Notes: generated by a model from the letters alone, not told the origin. A stretch of 42,225 bases of DNA from a virus (IMGVR_UViG_3300046495_000035:1-42225), one strand, 5' to 3'; numbered from the stretch's first letter, positions 19,528 to 30,295 are shown. Numbers and translations are program-made.

Positions 19528-19698
19528 ATGACAAAAAAGACGGACAAGATGCAGAAGGTGATGCACGAGTACAAGACAGGCTCCCTTCACTCCGGCTCAG
19601 CGAAAGGACCAGTGGTATCCAACAGGGACCAGGCAATCGCAATCGCTATGTCCGAAGCCAAGAAAGCGATGCAATCAGGACATTCAAAAAAACGATAA
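19528..19698 (+). CDS. DUF6496-like small basic protein
   Basis: KVMHEYKTGSLHSGS…V.NRDQAIAIAMSEA matches the family pattern as I recall it. Confidence 0.75.
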   Translation: MTKKTDKMQKVMHEYKTGSLHSGSAKGPVVSNRDQAIAIAMSEAKKAMQSGHSKKR

Positions 19699-19706
19699 CA
19701 ACCTCT

Positions 19707-21476
19707 ATGCTCTTCTCGGTAGTATCGAACTTCTCGACCACGCTCGCGCAATCCATGACTTCCTCTCAAGGAACGATGGTCCTGACTTCGTTTACCGTGC
19801 AGGGCCATGCGCTTACTTCAGCGGATTACGGTTCCTTTCTCTATCTGACCGTCAACCCGGGAGCCTCCAACTGTGAAATCGTCCGAGCTGATTCCAATGT
19901 CGGGACAACGCTCACCCTCGGAAAACGAGGACTCGCCTGGTATGGAGGGACGGATACTGAGCTTTCCGCCTTCAAGTTCGCCCACAATGCAGGAGAGCCA
20001 GTCATCATCTCCAACGCCAAGAACGTCTACGATAATCTCGTCGATAACGTTTCCGATGAAACTATCGCAGGAATAAAGACATTCACCTCCTCTCCGATTG
20101 TCCCGACTCCGACAACTAATACCCAAGCGGCAAACAAGGTCTACGTCGATACCGTGGCTATCTCCGGTGCGCCGGATGCTTCTTCCGTGACCAAAGGCAT
20201 CACCAAACTTACTCTTGACCCTGTTTCCCCGACCAATCCGATTGCTGTCGGAGATAACGACACTTCCGCTTCCGGCTCTGGCTCCAAAGTAGTCCGTGGA
20301 ACGTCAGGCAAAATTGCCGCCTCATGGGGTGGTGGAGCTTCTTCCCTCGCTACTCTCAACGGTTCTACGCTGGTCGTAGAGAATCCGGCCAATGCCACAG
20401 CGACACCCACAGCGACGAAGATTCCAGTATCTGACGCTGGTGGAAAGCTAGCGAACGGTTGGATAAACACTAAGTTCGGAGGAACGGGAGCAGACGGCGC
20501 ACTCGCTGTCTCTTCCGGTAACACAAACATCTCTCTTGGAGGAGCTAAGTTCTTCGTGAAGAACTACTCCTCTATTTCGATTACAGGGACAGGTTCGGTG
20601 ACTTTCACGAACCCTCACGCAACTGGCTCATACATCATCCTCAAGTCACTCGGTGATGTGACTCTAACTTCCTCAACCGCACCGATGCTATCGGCTGTCG
20701 GATGTGGTGCTGCTGGAGGAGCTGGAGGAGCTAAACAGGCTAACGGGTTCGACGGTTCCACAGCCACAGAACTCTTGGATACATCAGCCCACTTCGGAAA
20801 TAAAGGACTCGTATCAAGCGGAACGGGTGGAACTGGAGGAGTTGCGCTTACCGCCTCCACGCAGGATTTCTATTCCAAAACAACTGGACAGATTTCAGCC
20901 ACGAAGCGAATCAAACTTGCTCCAGGTTCTGGAGGAGGAGGCGGTGCCGGAGGACAGAGTTCGAATGGAAACGCTGGGGCAGGAGGAGCTGGTGGAGCTG
21001 GAGGCGGTGCGCTTTCAATCGAATGCGGTGGAGCGTGGAACTTCACCACAGCTCTCGGTATCTCTGTCGCTGGTGCCACTAGTACCGCTGGCTCTCCAGC
21101 GTCTGCCACCAACGATGACGGTGGTGGTGGTGGAGGAGGTGGAGCTGCTGGGATGTTCCTCGGACTCTACAACACTCTCACGGCAAACTCTGGCACCGTG
21201 AATACTTCTGGTGGTCTTGGAGCCTCTGGTGGAGCAAGGAACGGTACAGGGACCACTGGTGGTGGCGGAGGTGGAGCAGGTGGAGGACAGCTTGGAGCTG
21301 GGGGCGACGGAGGCTCGGCTGGAACCTCACCTACCGCGAATGGGAAGACTGGTACTTCTGGTGGTGGTGGAGGAGGTGGAGCAGGGCAAGGCCCCGGAGC
21401 GCACGTTGTCGGTTCTGCTGGTGGAGCTGGGGGGTCAGACGGATTACTGGTCACGGCTAACGTCGACTACTTCTAA
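19707..21476 (+). CDS. Tail fibre-like protein with glycine-rich C-terminus
   Basis: ETIAGIKTFTSSPIVPTPT…AANKVYVD, DASSVTKGITKL, FGGTGADG, and poly-Gly domain. Confidence 0.75.
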   Translation: MLFSVVSNFSTTLAQSMTSSQGTMVLTSFTVQGHALTSADYGSFLYLTVNPGASNCEIVRADSNVGTTLTLGKRGLAWYGGTDTELSAFKFAHNAGEPVIISNAKNVYDNLVDNVSDETIAGIKTFTSSPIVPTPTTNTQAANKVYVDTVAISGAPDASSVTKGITKLTLDPVSPTNPIAVGDNDTSASGSGSKVVRGTSGKIAASWGGGASSLATLNGSTLVVENPANATATPTATKIPVSDAGGKLANGWINTKFGGTGADGALAVSSGNTNISLGGAKFFVKNYSSISITGTGSVTFTNPHATGSYIILKSLGDVTLTSSTAPMLSAVGCGAAGGAGGAKQANGFDGSTATELLDTSAHFGNKGLVSSGTGGTGGVALTASTQDFYSKTTGQISATKRIKLAPGSGGGGGAGGQSSNGNAGAGGAGGAGGGALSIECGGAWNFTTALGISVAGATSTAGSPASATNDDGGGGGGGGAAGMFLGLYNTLTANSGTVNTSGGLGASGGARNGTGTTGGGGGGAGGGQLGAGGDGGSAGTSPTANGKTGTSGGGGGGGAGQGPGAHVVGSAGGAGGSDGLLVTANVDYF

Positions 21477-21478
21477 AT

Positions 21479-22693
21479 ATGACCACTCCCTTGTCGGTTT
21501 TGATAAATCGGATGAAGAGATACCAAGCGGCAATTTCTGTTGAAGAGCAATATCTCGTCCGCGACCTTGACGATGCCATCCGCACGCTCAAGCGTTCGTA
21601 CGACATGCCGTTTTATCAGATAAAGTCTTCTCTCAAGGTCTTCTCAGGTGTCTACGAATACCCGACGGCTATCGACCACGACTACCTCATCTATCTGGAA
21701 CGGTCACAACAGGACCTCGGATTCGCTAACAAGCTCCGCGCTCGCTATACCTCCATCCAGCAGTTCTATGAAGACCCAGATTACCGAAACCAGATTGCGG
21801 AAATCTGGCAGAACAATTCTCTCGTTATCGGCGTCCGAGATAAGAACAACCAATATCAAGGGCTGTCTTCTCAGGTACTTGATAACTGCGAAAGCACCAC
21901 GGGGTATACCGCGTCAGGTGATGCTTCTGCTATCCAGTTCAACCAGATTATCTTCAAAGAAGGAACTGGCTCGATTCAGTTCACGGTAGTCAATTCATCG
22001 GGGGTAGCGACCGTGACCAAGCTCCTAGAGACTTCCTTCATCGACGCGAACTACGTTCAAAAATGGCACTTCCGATGGGTCTATCTCTCCTCAATCCCAA
22101 CCTCTATCCAGCTTGCCTTGAAGGTAGACGATTCCAATTACCTCATCTCTGCCCCGCTCACCGCGCAGTTCGCTGGCCAGGCTCTCGTTGCTAACCAATG
22201 GAACCTGATGGCCTTCGACCTTTCCACGGCAACGACGGTAGGGACAGTAACGAACGCATCACTCTTCTCCTATACGGAAGTCACCCTGAATGGAGCGGCG
22301 TCAGGAACGTACTACATCGACGCTTCCTACGACCGCACGTGGGCATTGCTCGATTACTGGTACTACTCCAAGCTCGCCGTGCAGACGGTAAACGCTACGA
22401 GCGCAGACCAAGAATCCTTCTTCAATTCTTCTGATGTCTACTCCACAGACTCTGCTCTCGTCGGAGATTCAGAATGGGCTGATGTTGTGATGTATGAGGC
22501 GATGATGTCCTCTCTCACAGACAAGGAGAACGCTCCCGTCTACGCTTCCATCAAAGCCAAGCGTGACCAGTCATGGGAATCCCTGATGAAGAAATGGCCT
22601 GACAACCGTCCTTCGCCAACTGCCACGAGGTACCGATTCGGAACTGATTACTCCATGCCGAGTTCCTTCGGCTTTGGCTATTTCGATGTATGA
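21479..22693 (+). CDS. Putative head-tail adaptor/tail protein with inserted beta domain
   Basis: Helical termini and a beta-rich insert; position before the nozzle gene. Confidence 0.55.
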   Translation: MTTPLSVLINRMKRYQAAISVEEQYLVRDLDDAIRTLKRSYDMPFYQIKSSLKVFSGVYEYPTAIDHDYLIYLERSQQDLGFANKLRARYTSIQQFYEDPDYRNQIAEIWQNNSLVIGVRDKNNQYQGLSSQVLDNCESTTGYTASGDASAIQFNQIIFKEGTGSIQFTVVNSSGVATVTKLLETSFIDANYVQKWHFRWVYLSSIPTSIQLALKVDDSNYLISAPLTAQFAGQALVANQWNLMAFDLSTATTVGTVTNASLFSYTEVTLNGAASGTYYIDASYDRTWALLDYWYYSKLAVQTVNATSADQESFFNSSDVYSTDSALVGDSEWADVVMYEAMMSSLTDKENAPVYASIKAKRDQSWESLMKKWPDNRPSPTATRYRFGTDYSMPSSFGFGYFDV

Positions 22694-24549
22694 AGGAGCC
22701 AAATAATTCCAACTGGGCCGTATATCCCCAAGTCAGTCTCACGGCGAACGGAGTCGTCAGCAAAGGCTTCGAAGGTTTGGTTACTCAGAACGACCCAACC
22801 TTCATTGCTGACGGTTGTGCCTCGGCAGGGCAAAACACCTTCGACACCGCAGGGGACCACTTCGCTGTTCGCTCCTACGGGACTTCCATCTACCCTTCAA
22901 CGGCAACTGTCTCCGTCGCCTCTGGTGGATATAAATCCGCCCATACCTTCCGCCTCCGCGACGGTTCAAACATTATCGTCGTATCTACGGATACGGACCT
23001 TTATTTCTTTGACGAGCTTTCCCAAACATTCGTGAACCTCATCTCCGGTGCAAACTCCGGAGATTATGGTTTCGCGGAGTTCAACGTCAACGCTAACGCT
23101 GAGTCTCGAATGTATTTCGGAAACGGCGTTGATTCCTCTGGTTGGTGGAATGGAGGCCACTCACTTCTGAACGGAGCTTTGGTCGGAGGAGAAGCAACCA
23201 TCAATGTAGACTCGACTGCCACCTTCACCACAGGCGGAGCTGGTTCAATCCGCATCGGAGGAACGAACGTCAACTACACAGGAACCACAGCGACCTCTTT
23301 TACTGGTTGCACGGGAACTCCTGCTGCCGCTGATAACGCTCCCGTCGCACAAGCTCCTACCTTCAACGGTTCTATCCCGATTGGGAACATCATGATGTCA
23401 GCGCAGAACCGACTCTTCATCGTCCCTACTGCCAATCAACAGCTCGTTCAGTTCTGTGCCTACGGAGATTCGACGACTTGGCTTCTCACCACCGTCCAGC
23501 AAAACACCGCTACTTCAGCAGGAGCGTTCAATCTCGTGGAGGGAGGAGGACGAGTCACCGCGATGTCTCAGGATGAACTGAACCTCTATTTCTATAAGGA
23601 TTCGATGATTTACCTCGCGACTCTCACCGACTCTTTCTATTCCCTCCGTCCGTTCAAACCTTTCGATGGACGTACCCGCGCAGTCGGCGCAAAGGGAAAG
23701 CGTGGAGTCTTCGTCGGTGGTAACTTCACCTTCGTTGTCACCCCTGATTCTCAAATCAAAGCCCTCCAGCGCATTGAGAACATCGACTATCCTCAGCTTC
23801 AGGCTACTTCCTACCCCATCCAACCTACCTGCGATGCTTTGGATTTCTCTTCCGTTACCGGAATCTCATTCAAGCAGTACGCCTTCATCGCGTGTAAATC
23901 CACTCCGCTCGCAGCGAACAACGATACCGTCCTCGTCTACAACACCGTGGAAGACCATTGGGAAACTCCTATCGTTGGTTGGCAGGTAGGAGAGTTCTTC
24001 GTCTACAACGACGGAACTGGTGAAGCTCTTTTCTTCACCGATGCGGTTTCACCGAACATCTGGAAATGCGTCAAAGACATTCTCTCCGATGGCCCATACC
24101 CGATTACCGCTTCCCGAACGACGAAGCAGTATGACTTCTCCCTTCCATCCCAGGAAAAGGAATTGGATGATGTGTACGTCGAGGGGTATATCACACCGAA
24201 CACCACTCTGCGTATCCGCCTTCTCCTGGATGAGAAGGGATTTACCGACATCAACCAAACGGATTTCTCCGGAACCGAGGTGAACTACCAACTGAATAAG
24301 TCCACCGTCAATTCCTTCGGCCTCACGCCATTTGCTACCGAACGCTTCGGCTCAAACGATGACCTCACCGGACTACGGAAGTTCCGAGTCCATCTAAAGA
24401 ACAAGTTGCGTCGCGTTCCCTTCTACGTCGCCCAACTGGAGTTCTCTTCATCAGGAAATAATCAACGCTGGGAAGTTGTCAGGTACGGCTTCCTCGTGAG
24501 GAACCACAGCCAGCCGACCAGAACTAAGCTAATGCGTGACTTCGCTTGA
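22690..24549 (+). CDS. Tail nozzle/stabilization protein (P22 gp10 / T7 gp12-like beta-propeller)
   Basis: 619 aa beta-rich; NRLFI, NDTVLVYNT, TKQYDF…KELDDVYVEG patterns. Confidence 0.7.
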   Translation: MKEPNNSNWAVYPQVSLTANGVVSKGFEGLVTQNDPTFIADGCASAGQNTFDTAGDHFAVRSYGTSIYPSTATVSVASGGYKSAHTFRLRDGSNIIVVSTDTDLYFFDELSQTFVNLISGANSGDYGFAEFNVNANAESRMYFGNGVDSSGWWNGGHSLLNGALVGGEATINVDSTATFTTGGAGSIRIGGTNVNYTGTTATSFTGCTGTPAAADNAPVAQAPTFNGSIPIGNIMMSAQNRLFIVPTANQQLVQFCAYGDSTTWLLTTVQQNTATSAGAFNLVEGGGRVTAMSQDELNLYFYKDSMIYLATLTDSFYSLRPFKPFDGRTRAVGAKGKRGVFVGGNFTFVVTPDSQIKALQRIENIDYPQLQATSYPIQPTCDALDFSSVTGISFKQYAFIACKSTPLAANNDTVLVYNTVEDHWETPIVGWQVGEFFVYNDGTGEALFFTDAVSPNIWKCVKDILSDGPYPITASRTTKQYDFSLPSQEKELDDVYVEGYITPNTTLRIRLLLDEKGFTDINQTDFSGTEVNYQLNKSTVNSFGLTPFATERFGSNDDLTGLRKFRVHLKNKLRRVPFYVAQLEFSSSGNNQRWEVVRYGFLVRNHSQPTRTKLMRDFA

Positions 24550-24550
24550 T

Positions 24551-26311
24551 ATGGCAAACCCAATGGATTCGTTCCTACAAGGAAAGCCCGCCTACACCAC
24601 TCCGTCTCCCGCCGCAGGTCCGCTCGCTCCTGCTCCGACGGTTGCTTCAGCTTCCGCTTCAGTCCCCAAGCCGAATCCGACGGCATCGCCAGTCATCAAA
24701 TCAGCTCCTGCTCCTACGGCGGTAGCCCCTACGGCTATTCTTCCTACTCCCGCAGACCTTTCCCTCTCGAAGGCTTCTGGTGTTGACCCTGGCCAGCTTC
24801 AGACCTACATGGCAGCCAACCCTGGGCTTCAGGCTGACGCAGCCATCGGGAACATCCTCATGCTTCAGCAGAAGCAATCTCCCGCTCCCGTCGCTCCGCC
24901 TTCCGTCGTTCCTACCGCTCCTACCGACCTCACCCAAGGGACGGGTTCCGCGCGCGACACGCGGGATGTGAACAAGACTACCGCCACCGACCTCTACGCT
25001 TCCATCACAGGCATCGCCCCGCCGTCTGCTCCAGGTGATGGTTCGGCTGACCCTTCCGTCATCGCCGCTCAGCAAGCTCGTGACGCCGACGCGAAAGCGC
25101 AATCTGCCGCAGCTTCTGGTCAGTACAGTCCGCAGGAACTTGCGATGATTCAAGCGGACGAAGCCGCCGCACGCGCGAAGTATCAGTTCATGGTTGATGC
25201 TGCGAACCAATCCAAGGAGCAGGATTTCTCGAAGAACGTCGTTGCGATGGGACAGACAGGAGGACTGATGTCTACCCAAATGTCCGGCCTCGCCGCGCTC
25301 ATCCCGGATGTCGGAGGGAAGTATCAATACAACGGCGGAGAAATCGGCTTCATCCAGGAGAAGTATCAGCGGTCCATCAACCAAGCTACACAATCCCAGG
25401 ATGCTGCTATCCAGGAAGCCCGCCAGTCTGCTATCCGAGCCATTCAAACTGGAAAGAAGGACGACCTCAACAACGCTCAACAGGCTTTTGAAAATGCTCA
25501 AAAGTCCTTCATGGATAAACAGAAGCTCGCCTCCGATTACAGCAAGGACATGCTGAATTACGCGAAGACAGCCCAGGACATGCAGAAACAGCAGATGGAT
25601 ATGACCATCAACTCTGACAAAGCTGGCATAGATAAACTCAAAGCTCTCGCCGCAGGTGGGACCGACTATGCCTCCATCCCTGCCGACACCATCCAATCCA
25701 TCAAGGATGAACATGGCTGGACGGACTTCGAGACAAAAGCCTTCTTCCACTCACAGGAAGCAGGAGCTAAGAAGGACAACTACAAGACAGAAATCAAAGG
25801 CAACTACATGGTCATGTCTGGGTACAACCCGACGACTGGTAAGTTGGAAGTGACAACGGAAAAGATTGACGGACTCCCGCCGAATGTCGAAGGGAAGTTC
25901 TCACAGAAGGTGGATGGCTCTGGAACCATGTACCTCATTCCTGACGTGCCAGATACAACGAAGCCAATCCTCGACCAGATGCTCATAGTCGGGAAACCAG
26001 GACAGTTCAAGACGGCGACGAAAGCAACTGCCGCCACAGGAACTCCTCCGCCAGTTCCAGGGTTCAAGTCAGAGGAGATTCAGAAAGCGGCCCAGGTCTA
26101 CTTCGATACTTTCGGAAACTGGCCAGACAAAGCTGATGTTCCGTATGTCGTGAAATCCTACTGGTCAGCCAATCCTTCCTCAAAGTCTGGAACTGAAGTG
26201 AATCCGTTTGAGAAAGGACGCTCGGCTTACCAGACACCGAAGGACAAATCGGTGGACGCGGCAACCCAAGCAATCATGGACCAGATTCAGCAATCGGGAG
26301 CAACTGAATAA
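24551..26311 (+). CDS. Putative internal ejection protein
   Basis: P/A-rich disordered N-terminus and Q/A coiled coil; position after the nozzle gene. Confidence 0.6.
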   Translation: MANPMDSFLQGKPAYTTPSPAAGPLAPAPTVASASASVPKPNPTASPVIKSAPAPTAVAPTAILPTPADLSLSKASGVDPGQLQTYMAANPGLQADAAIGNILMLQQKQSPAPVAPPSVVPTAPTDLTQGTGSARDTRDVNKTTATDLYASITGIAPPSAPGDGSADPSVIAAQQARDADAKAQSAAASGQYSPQELAMIQADEAAARAKYQFMVDAANQSKEQDFSKNVVAMGQTGGLMSTQMSGLAALIPDVGGKYQYNGGEIGFIQEKYQRSINQATQSQDAAIQEARQSAIRAIQTGKKDDLNNAQQAFENAQKSFMDKQKLASDYSKDMLNYAKTAQDMQKQQMDMTINSDKAGIDKLKALAAGGTDYASIPADTIQSIKDEHGWTDFETKAFFHSQEAGAKKDNYKTEIKGNYMVMSGYNPTTGKLEVTTEKIDGLPPNVEGKFSQKVDGSGTMYLIPDVPDTTKPILDQMLIVGKPGQFKTATKATAATGTPPPVPGFKSEEIQKAAQVYFDTFGNWPDKADVPYVVKSYWSANPSSKSGTEVNPFEKGRSAYQTPKDKSVDAATQAIMDQIQQSGATE

Positions 26312-26319
26312 ACATCACT

Positions 26320-29300
26320 ATGGCATTTCTTCAAACCCTCTCTAACCTCGCTACGGGGGCGAAGAGCGCCCTTACGACAGGAGCTAACTACATTTCATCC
26401 CAGCTCTCCAAGCCTCTCTCCCAAGGAGGGACGACACTCACGAAGCTCGTTGACCTTGCTTCTCCAGGGGGAGTGATGGCTGCCGCTTCAAACGCCGCTG
26501 TGAAAGCTGTCGCCCCTGTTATCCAGAAGGCTGTCACTCCCGCACCAGCGATGTCTTTTCCCGTTGGTCAGGGGATTACCCCAGCGCAAACTGCGGTGGC
26601 ACAGCAGACCGTCGCTCCTAAACTTCCTTCGACGATGGCCTCAAAGGCGGACCTCACACAGGCACAACAAGCAACCCCTGGTCCTGGCGTAGCGCAGGAT
26701 GCTTACGGTAAGCGAGTAGCCCAGGCTATATTCCCGCAGACATCTCAGATGATGGACTCCGCCTCCCGTGGTGGAGTTGGGCAGAAGCTCGCCTCTGTTG
26801 CTTCCTTCGTCCCCTCGGTTATCAAGGAAGCTGTCGTCCAATTCCCCGCGCGCACAACCGCCGCGATGGGCCTTTCTGCTGGTGGAGCAACAGGAACCGC
26901 TCAGCCAAAGACTTTTCTCGAACGGCAACTTCTCGGAGACGAGGCGGTCTCACCGATGGACAAGACGCTGAGCGATGCGACACAGCTCGCTGATAGCCTG
27001 GCAAAGAAAGTTATTGCTAACAGCGGACAGGACCCTAACTCTTTCGGCGGAAAGATTGCTCGCCTTGGCATGGTTGCTCCCGCAGCTCTCCTTGCTGGCG
27101 GTCTTGAGGCCTTGAACTTCGACTTCGGACTCGGTGAAGCTGGGAATAGAGCGGTAGGGAAAGCCATTGGAGAGGCAGAGAAGAAAGCTGGCCGACTTCT
27201 CACGAACGTCGAACGAGAAGCAATCCTCAGGGAAGTCACTCAGAAGGTTGAGAAGGGCGTCATCGAATCCGTCCCGCCTCCTCCCCCCCCGCCAGGTTCA
27301 CCAATGGAACGAGCCATCGAATCCATCTCAACTGAATTACCAAAAGAACTTCCAAAGACTGAAACGCCGAATGTTTCACGTGAAACACCTGGTGGAAAAC
27401 TCGTGAAACCTGAGCCAAAATCTCTACCTCCAATCTCTGAAACACAGCCAGTCATCACCGCTCCAAGGGAACGAGCCAAGTCTGAAATCACCCGTTTGGC
27501 TGACGAGGAAGCGAAGGGAGCTAATCTCGTCGGAGAAGTCATCCGCCCGCCGGAGGATACAACTTCTCTCGCAGACCTGCGGAAGACCGCCAAGGCGCAA
27601 GCAAAGGCTCAGGACGCCTTCCTCGCAGACCTTGAGAAATCCACCCAGCAAGCATACGAAGACGCCCTCAAGGGCCAGCAACCTGCCCTGAAACGTAAAG
27701 ACATCGTTACCCTGATGAATGAGGGAACCGACCCAGCAACGATAATGAAGGTTCGTTCTCTTGGTGATGGCTCCGTTCGAGTTTCCGCTGATGCCTTCGA
27801 GGTACTCCGGTCTATCCCAGACATCAAGGAACAGGGACTCTTCACCCCGTCCATCTATACCTTCGACGAACTCGGCCAGCCCGTGAAGGATTTGTTCTGG
27901 AACCCAATCGTCAAAGCCGAGGGTGCTGTTTCCAAGGCTCGCGCAGCAGCGGAAGCGGAATTGAAAGTAGTGAAGCAGGGACTCTCGAAATCGAGTTCTG
28001 AACGCATCATGCTTCACGCTATGTCGCAGGAATCTGATGGAGCAAAGATTCTGAAGAACCTAGGAAAGTCTGCACCAACACTTACGCCTGGTGAGCAGAA
28101 AGCCTATGGGTTCATGCGCGATAGATACGACGAACTTCTTGGACAGTTGAATAAGGTTCGCGCGATGGTCGGTGCGGAGCCGATTGCTAAACGTTCCAAC
28201 TACTTTACGCACATCGCTGACCTCAACGCTCTCGCTGAGGCTGGGGTGGATATTGGTAAAGAGAAAGACTTGGGCGCAGCCATGCGAGCCAACATTCACA
28301 GAATCCAAACACCATTCTCATTCGCCCGAGAACGAACGGGAACCTCCAAGGTCGTGCTGGATGCCTTCGCTGCCTTTGAGAAATATCAGAGCGACGCTAT
28401 CAAGTACGCGACGATGACCCCGACTGCTGCCCAACTTCGCCTTCTCCTCTCCGACATCAAGCTACCAGATGGCTCCGTCTTCTCATTGGCGAAAGAGAAC
28501 CCGAACGCCTACAACATGCTCTCCGATTGGCTGGACTACACCATGGGAGCAAGGCCGAAGATTACCGATACAGCTACGAACAAAGCCATTAAAGCTACCG
28601 AGCAAGTCCTTGCTCCAATTCTCAAGCACATCCAAGTCGCTACTCTCGCAGGGAATCTCGGCTCGGCTGTTGCCCAGACCACGGCAATCCGAGGAACGAT
28701 TCTGGAAATTGGATGGAAGCAGACTGCGAAAGGAATCGGCACTCTTGCAGAAAAAGGATTCAAGGAAGCGGCAGAGAAATCCAATGTTCTCTTCGGCCGT
28801 ATCTTCGATGCTTCTTTCCATGATGTTGGAGTTACCGCTCGCGGCGGCGTGATGGGCGCACTCGCTAAGGTAGATGGGATGATTTCAGAAACAGGGAAGA
28901 AGGTCATCTCCGCTACCCTCGGTAAGCTCGACTACACCGTTGCCACCGCGACGTGGTACGGCGCATACGACAAAGCTCTCGCTGAGGGATTGAGCGAGGG
29001 TAGAGCGGCTATCTATGCGGACGATGTAGTTATTCGGACTCAGGGTTCTGGTTCGCGCTCAGCTATCTCACCTTCCCAGCGCACGACAATCGGCAAGGCT
29101 CTTACCATGTTCCAAACCTTCGTCATCAACGACCTGAAGCTCCTGGAGCAGAAAATCCCAGGAGCATGGAAGAAGGGTGATAAGAAGGGCGCGATGATTG
29201 CGCTCATCAACACCCTCGGAATCTCTGCAGCCTTCAACTACGCCTATACCTCAGCAGGATTCCAAGCTCCATTCCCGGAGGTCTACACGAAGACGAAACA

Positions 29301-30003
29301 GGGCTACGAGTCAGGTGGGGTTGGAGGAGCTGCACTTGGAGCAGCGAAAGAAATCGGAGGGATGCTTCCAGTGGTCGGTGGTCCGATGAAGTTCGGACAA
29401 TCTGATGTGAAGAAGACTCTTCCAGTGGTCGGAGACATTGTGAAACTTCAGGAGGCCGTGAGCCAAGGAAACAAAGCGAATATCGCCTTCCAGATGGGTA
29501 AGCTCCTCGGTATCCCAGGGATGTCTCAAGCAAAGAAGACCTACGAGGGAATCAAAGCGATGTCGAAGCCGATGACGGTGTACGGCGGAGCATCAGGTAA
29601 GCGTAAGGCGGAGGTTCTTATCACCAGCCTTCCGGACAAAATAAAAGCTGTGATGTCCGGGCCGTATGGAACGAGCGTCGTGAAGGATAAGGTCGAACTC
29701 TTGAACAAGCAGGGTGGAATCCTCGACCCTATTGCTTCAGAAACTTCCGACATCAAGGACACATTCTCTCAGGCGTTCAACGCCAAGGACAAGGAGGGAA
29801 TGAAATCTGCCATCGCTTCTATGAAAGCCCACAACGAAAAAACCGTGAAGGACATTGTCGCGGGAATGAAGTCTGGTATTTTCAAGGACAAGAAGCTCGA
29901 CGATATGGTCACCGCTATCAAGGCAAACACCCTGACCATGGATGACCTCGTTGCTTCCGTAAAAAAGGATATGACTGCGAAGATAAAAGCAAAGGGCCTC
30001 TAG
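26320..30003 (+). CDS. Large internal ejection/DNA-transfer protein
   Basis: 1227 aa, helical; ADDVVIRTQG…LTMFQTF region resembles large polyvalent/ejection proteins; last structural gene. Confidence 0.65.
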   Translation: MAFLQTLSNLATGAKSALTTGANYISSQLSKPLSQGGTTLTKLVDLASPGGVMAAASNAAVKAVAPVIQKAVTPAPAMSFPVGQGITPAQTAVAQQTVAPKLPSTMASKADLTQAQQATPGPGVAQDAYGKRVAQAIFPQTSQMMDSASRGGVGQKLASVASFVPSVIKEAVVQFPARTTAAMGLSAGGATGTAQPKTFLERQLLGDEAVSPMDKTLSDATQLADSLAKKVIANSGQDPNSFGGKIARLGMVAPAALLAGGLEALNFDFGLGEAGNRAVGKAIGEAEKKAGRLLTNVEREAILREVTQKVEKGVIESVPPPPPPPGSPMERAIESISTELPKELPKTETPNVSRETPGGKLVKPEPKSLPPISETQPVITAPRERAKSEITRLADEEAKGANLVGEVIRPPEDTTSLADLRKTAKAQAKAQDAFLADLEKSTQQAYEDALKGQQPALKRKDIVTLMNEGTDPATIMKVRSLGDGSVRVSADAFEVLRSIPDIKEQGLFTPSIYTFDELGQPVKDLFWNPIVKAEGAVSKARAAAEAELKVVKQGLSKSSSERIMLHAMSQESDGAKILKNLGKSAPTLTPGEQKAYGFMRDRYDELLGQLNKVRAMVGAEPIAKRSNYFTHIADLNALAEAGVDIGKEKDLGAAMRANIHRIQTPFSFARERTGTSKVVLDAFAAFEKYQSDAIKYATMTPTAAQLRLLLSDIKLPDGSVFSLAKENPNAYNMLSDWLDYTMGARPKITDTATNKAIKATEQVLAPILKHIQVATLAGNLGSAVAQTTAIRGTILEIGWKQTAKGIGTLAEKGFKEAAEKSNVLFGRIFDASFHDVGVTARGGVMGALAKVDGMISETGKKVISATLGKLDYTVATATWYGAYDKALAEGLSEGRAAIYADDVVIRTQGSGSRSAISPSQRTTIGKALTMFQTFVINDLKLLEQKIPGAWKKGDKKGAMIALINTLGISAAFNYAYTSAGFQAPFPEVYTKTKQGYESGGVGGAALGAAKEIGGMLPVVGGPMKFGQSDVKKTLPVVGDIVKLQEAVSQGNKANIAFQMGKLLGIPGMSQAKKTYEGIKAMSKPMTVYGGASGKRKAEVLITSLPDKIKAVMSGPYGTSVVKDKVELLNKQGGILDPIASETSDIKDTFSQAFNAKDKEGMKSAIASMKAHNEKTVKDIVAGMKSGIFKDKKLDDMVTAIKANTLTMDDLVASVKKDMTAKIKAKGL
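27372..27387. promoter_or_regulatory. parS: Perfect parS site
   Basis: TGTTTCACGTGAAACA, the exact canonical chromosomal parS palindrome; encodes N-V-S-R-E-T. Confidence 0.85.
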
Positions 30004-30203
30004 CGCAGGTCGATGAAGTGCGCGTAATCACCAGGGTCGTATCCAGGGGTAGGAGCTGACTCCTGGAAAAAGATTCCGTAGACGAGAACCGCAATCCAGA
30101 AAACGACGAGCAATCGAACTGCTCGTTTTTCTGTTGACTGAGGACCGACTGGCTTGAACCAGTTCCGGAGTTCTTCGTAGAGATTGAGTAATGCGTCTTT
30201 CAT
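30000..30203 (-). CDS. Small single-TM membrane protein (only credible minus-strand gene; superinfection-exclusion candidate)
   Basis: MKDALLNL…LLVVFWIAVLVYGIFF; convergent on the ejection gene; has its own promoter. Confidence 0.65.
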   Translation of the reverse strand: MKDALLNLYEELRNWFKPVGPQSTEKRAVRLLVVFWIAVLVYGIFFQESAPTPGYDPGDYAHFIDLR

Positions 30204-30211
30204 ACTCACCC

Positions 30212-30240
30212 TGCCTACCACATCCTTGAGCGGGTGTCAA
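30212..30240 (-). promoter_or_regulatory. Promoter for the minus-strand gene
   Basis: TTGACA, 17 nt ending TG-G, TAGGCA, then 8 nt to ATG. Confidence 0.5.
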
Positions 30241-30265
30241 GGGATTAGGGTAAATAGAGCGGTTC

Positions 30266-30295
30266 TTGACAAGTATAGCGTTTTCTATCTAAGGT
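30266..30295 (+). promoter_or_regulatory. Divergent early promoter
   Basis: TTGACA (30266-30271), 18 nt, TAAGGT. Confidence 0.5.

Noticed and set aside
24701-25750. 349-aa antisense ORF and many other minus-strand ORFs
   Set aside because: Shadows of codon-biased plus-strand genes, with no protein-like motifs.
27283-27290. C8 homopolymer as a phase-variation tract
   Set aside because: Explained by a poly-proline run; the gene is in frame and probably essential.
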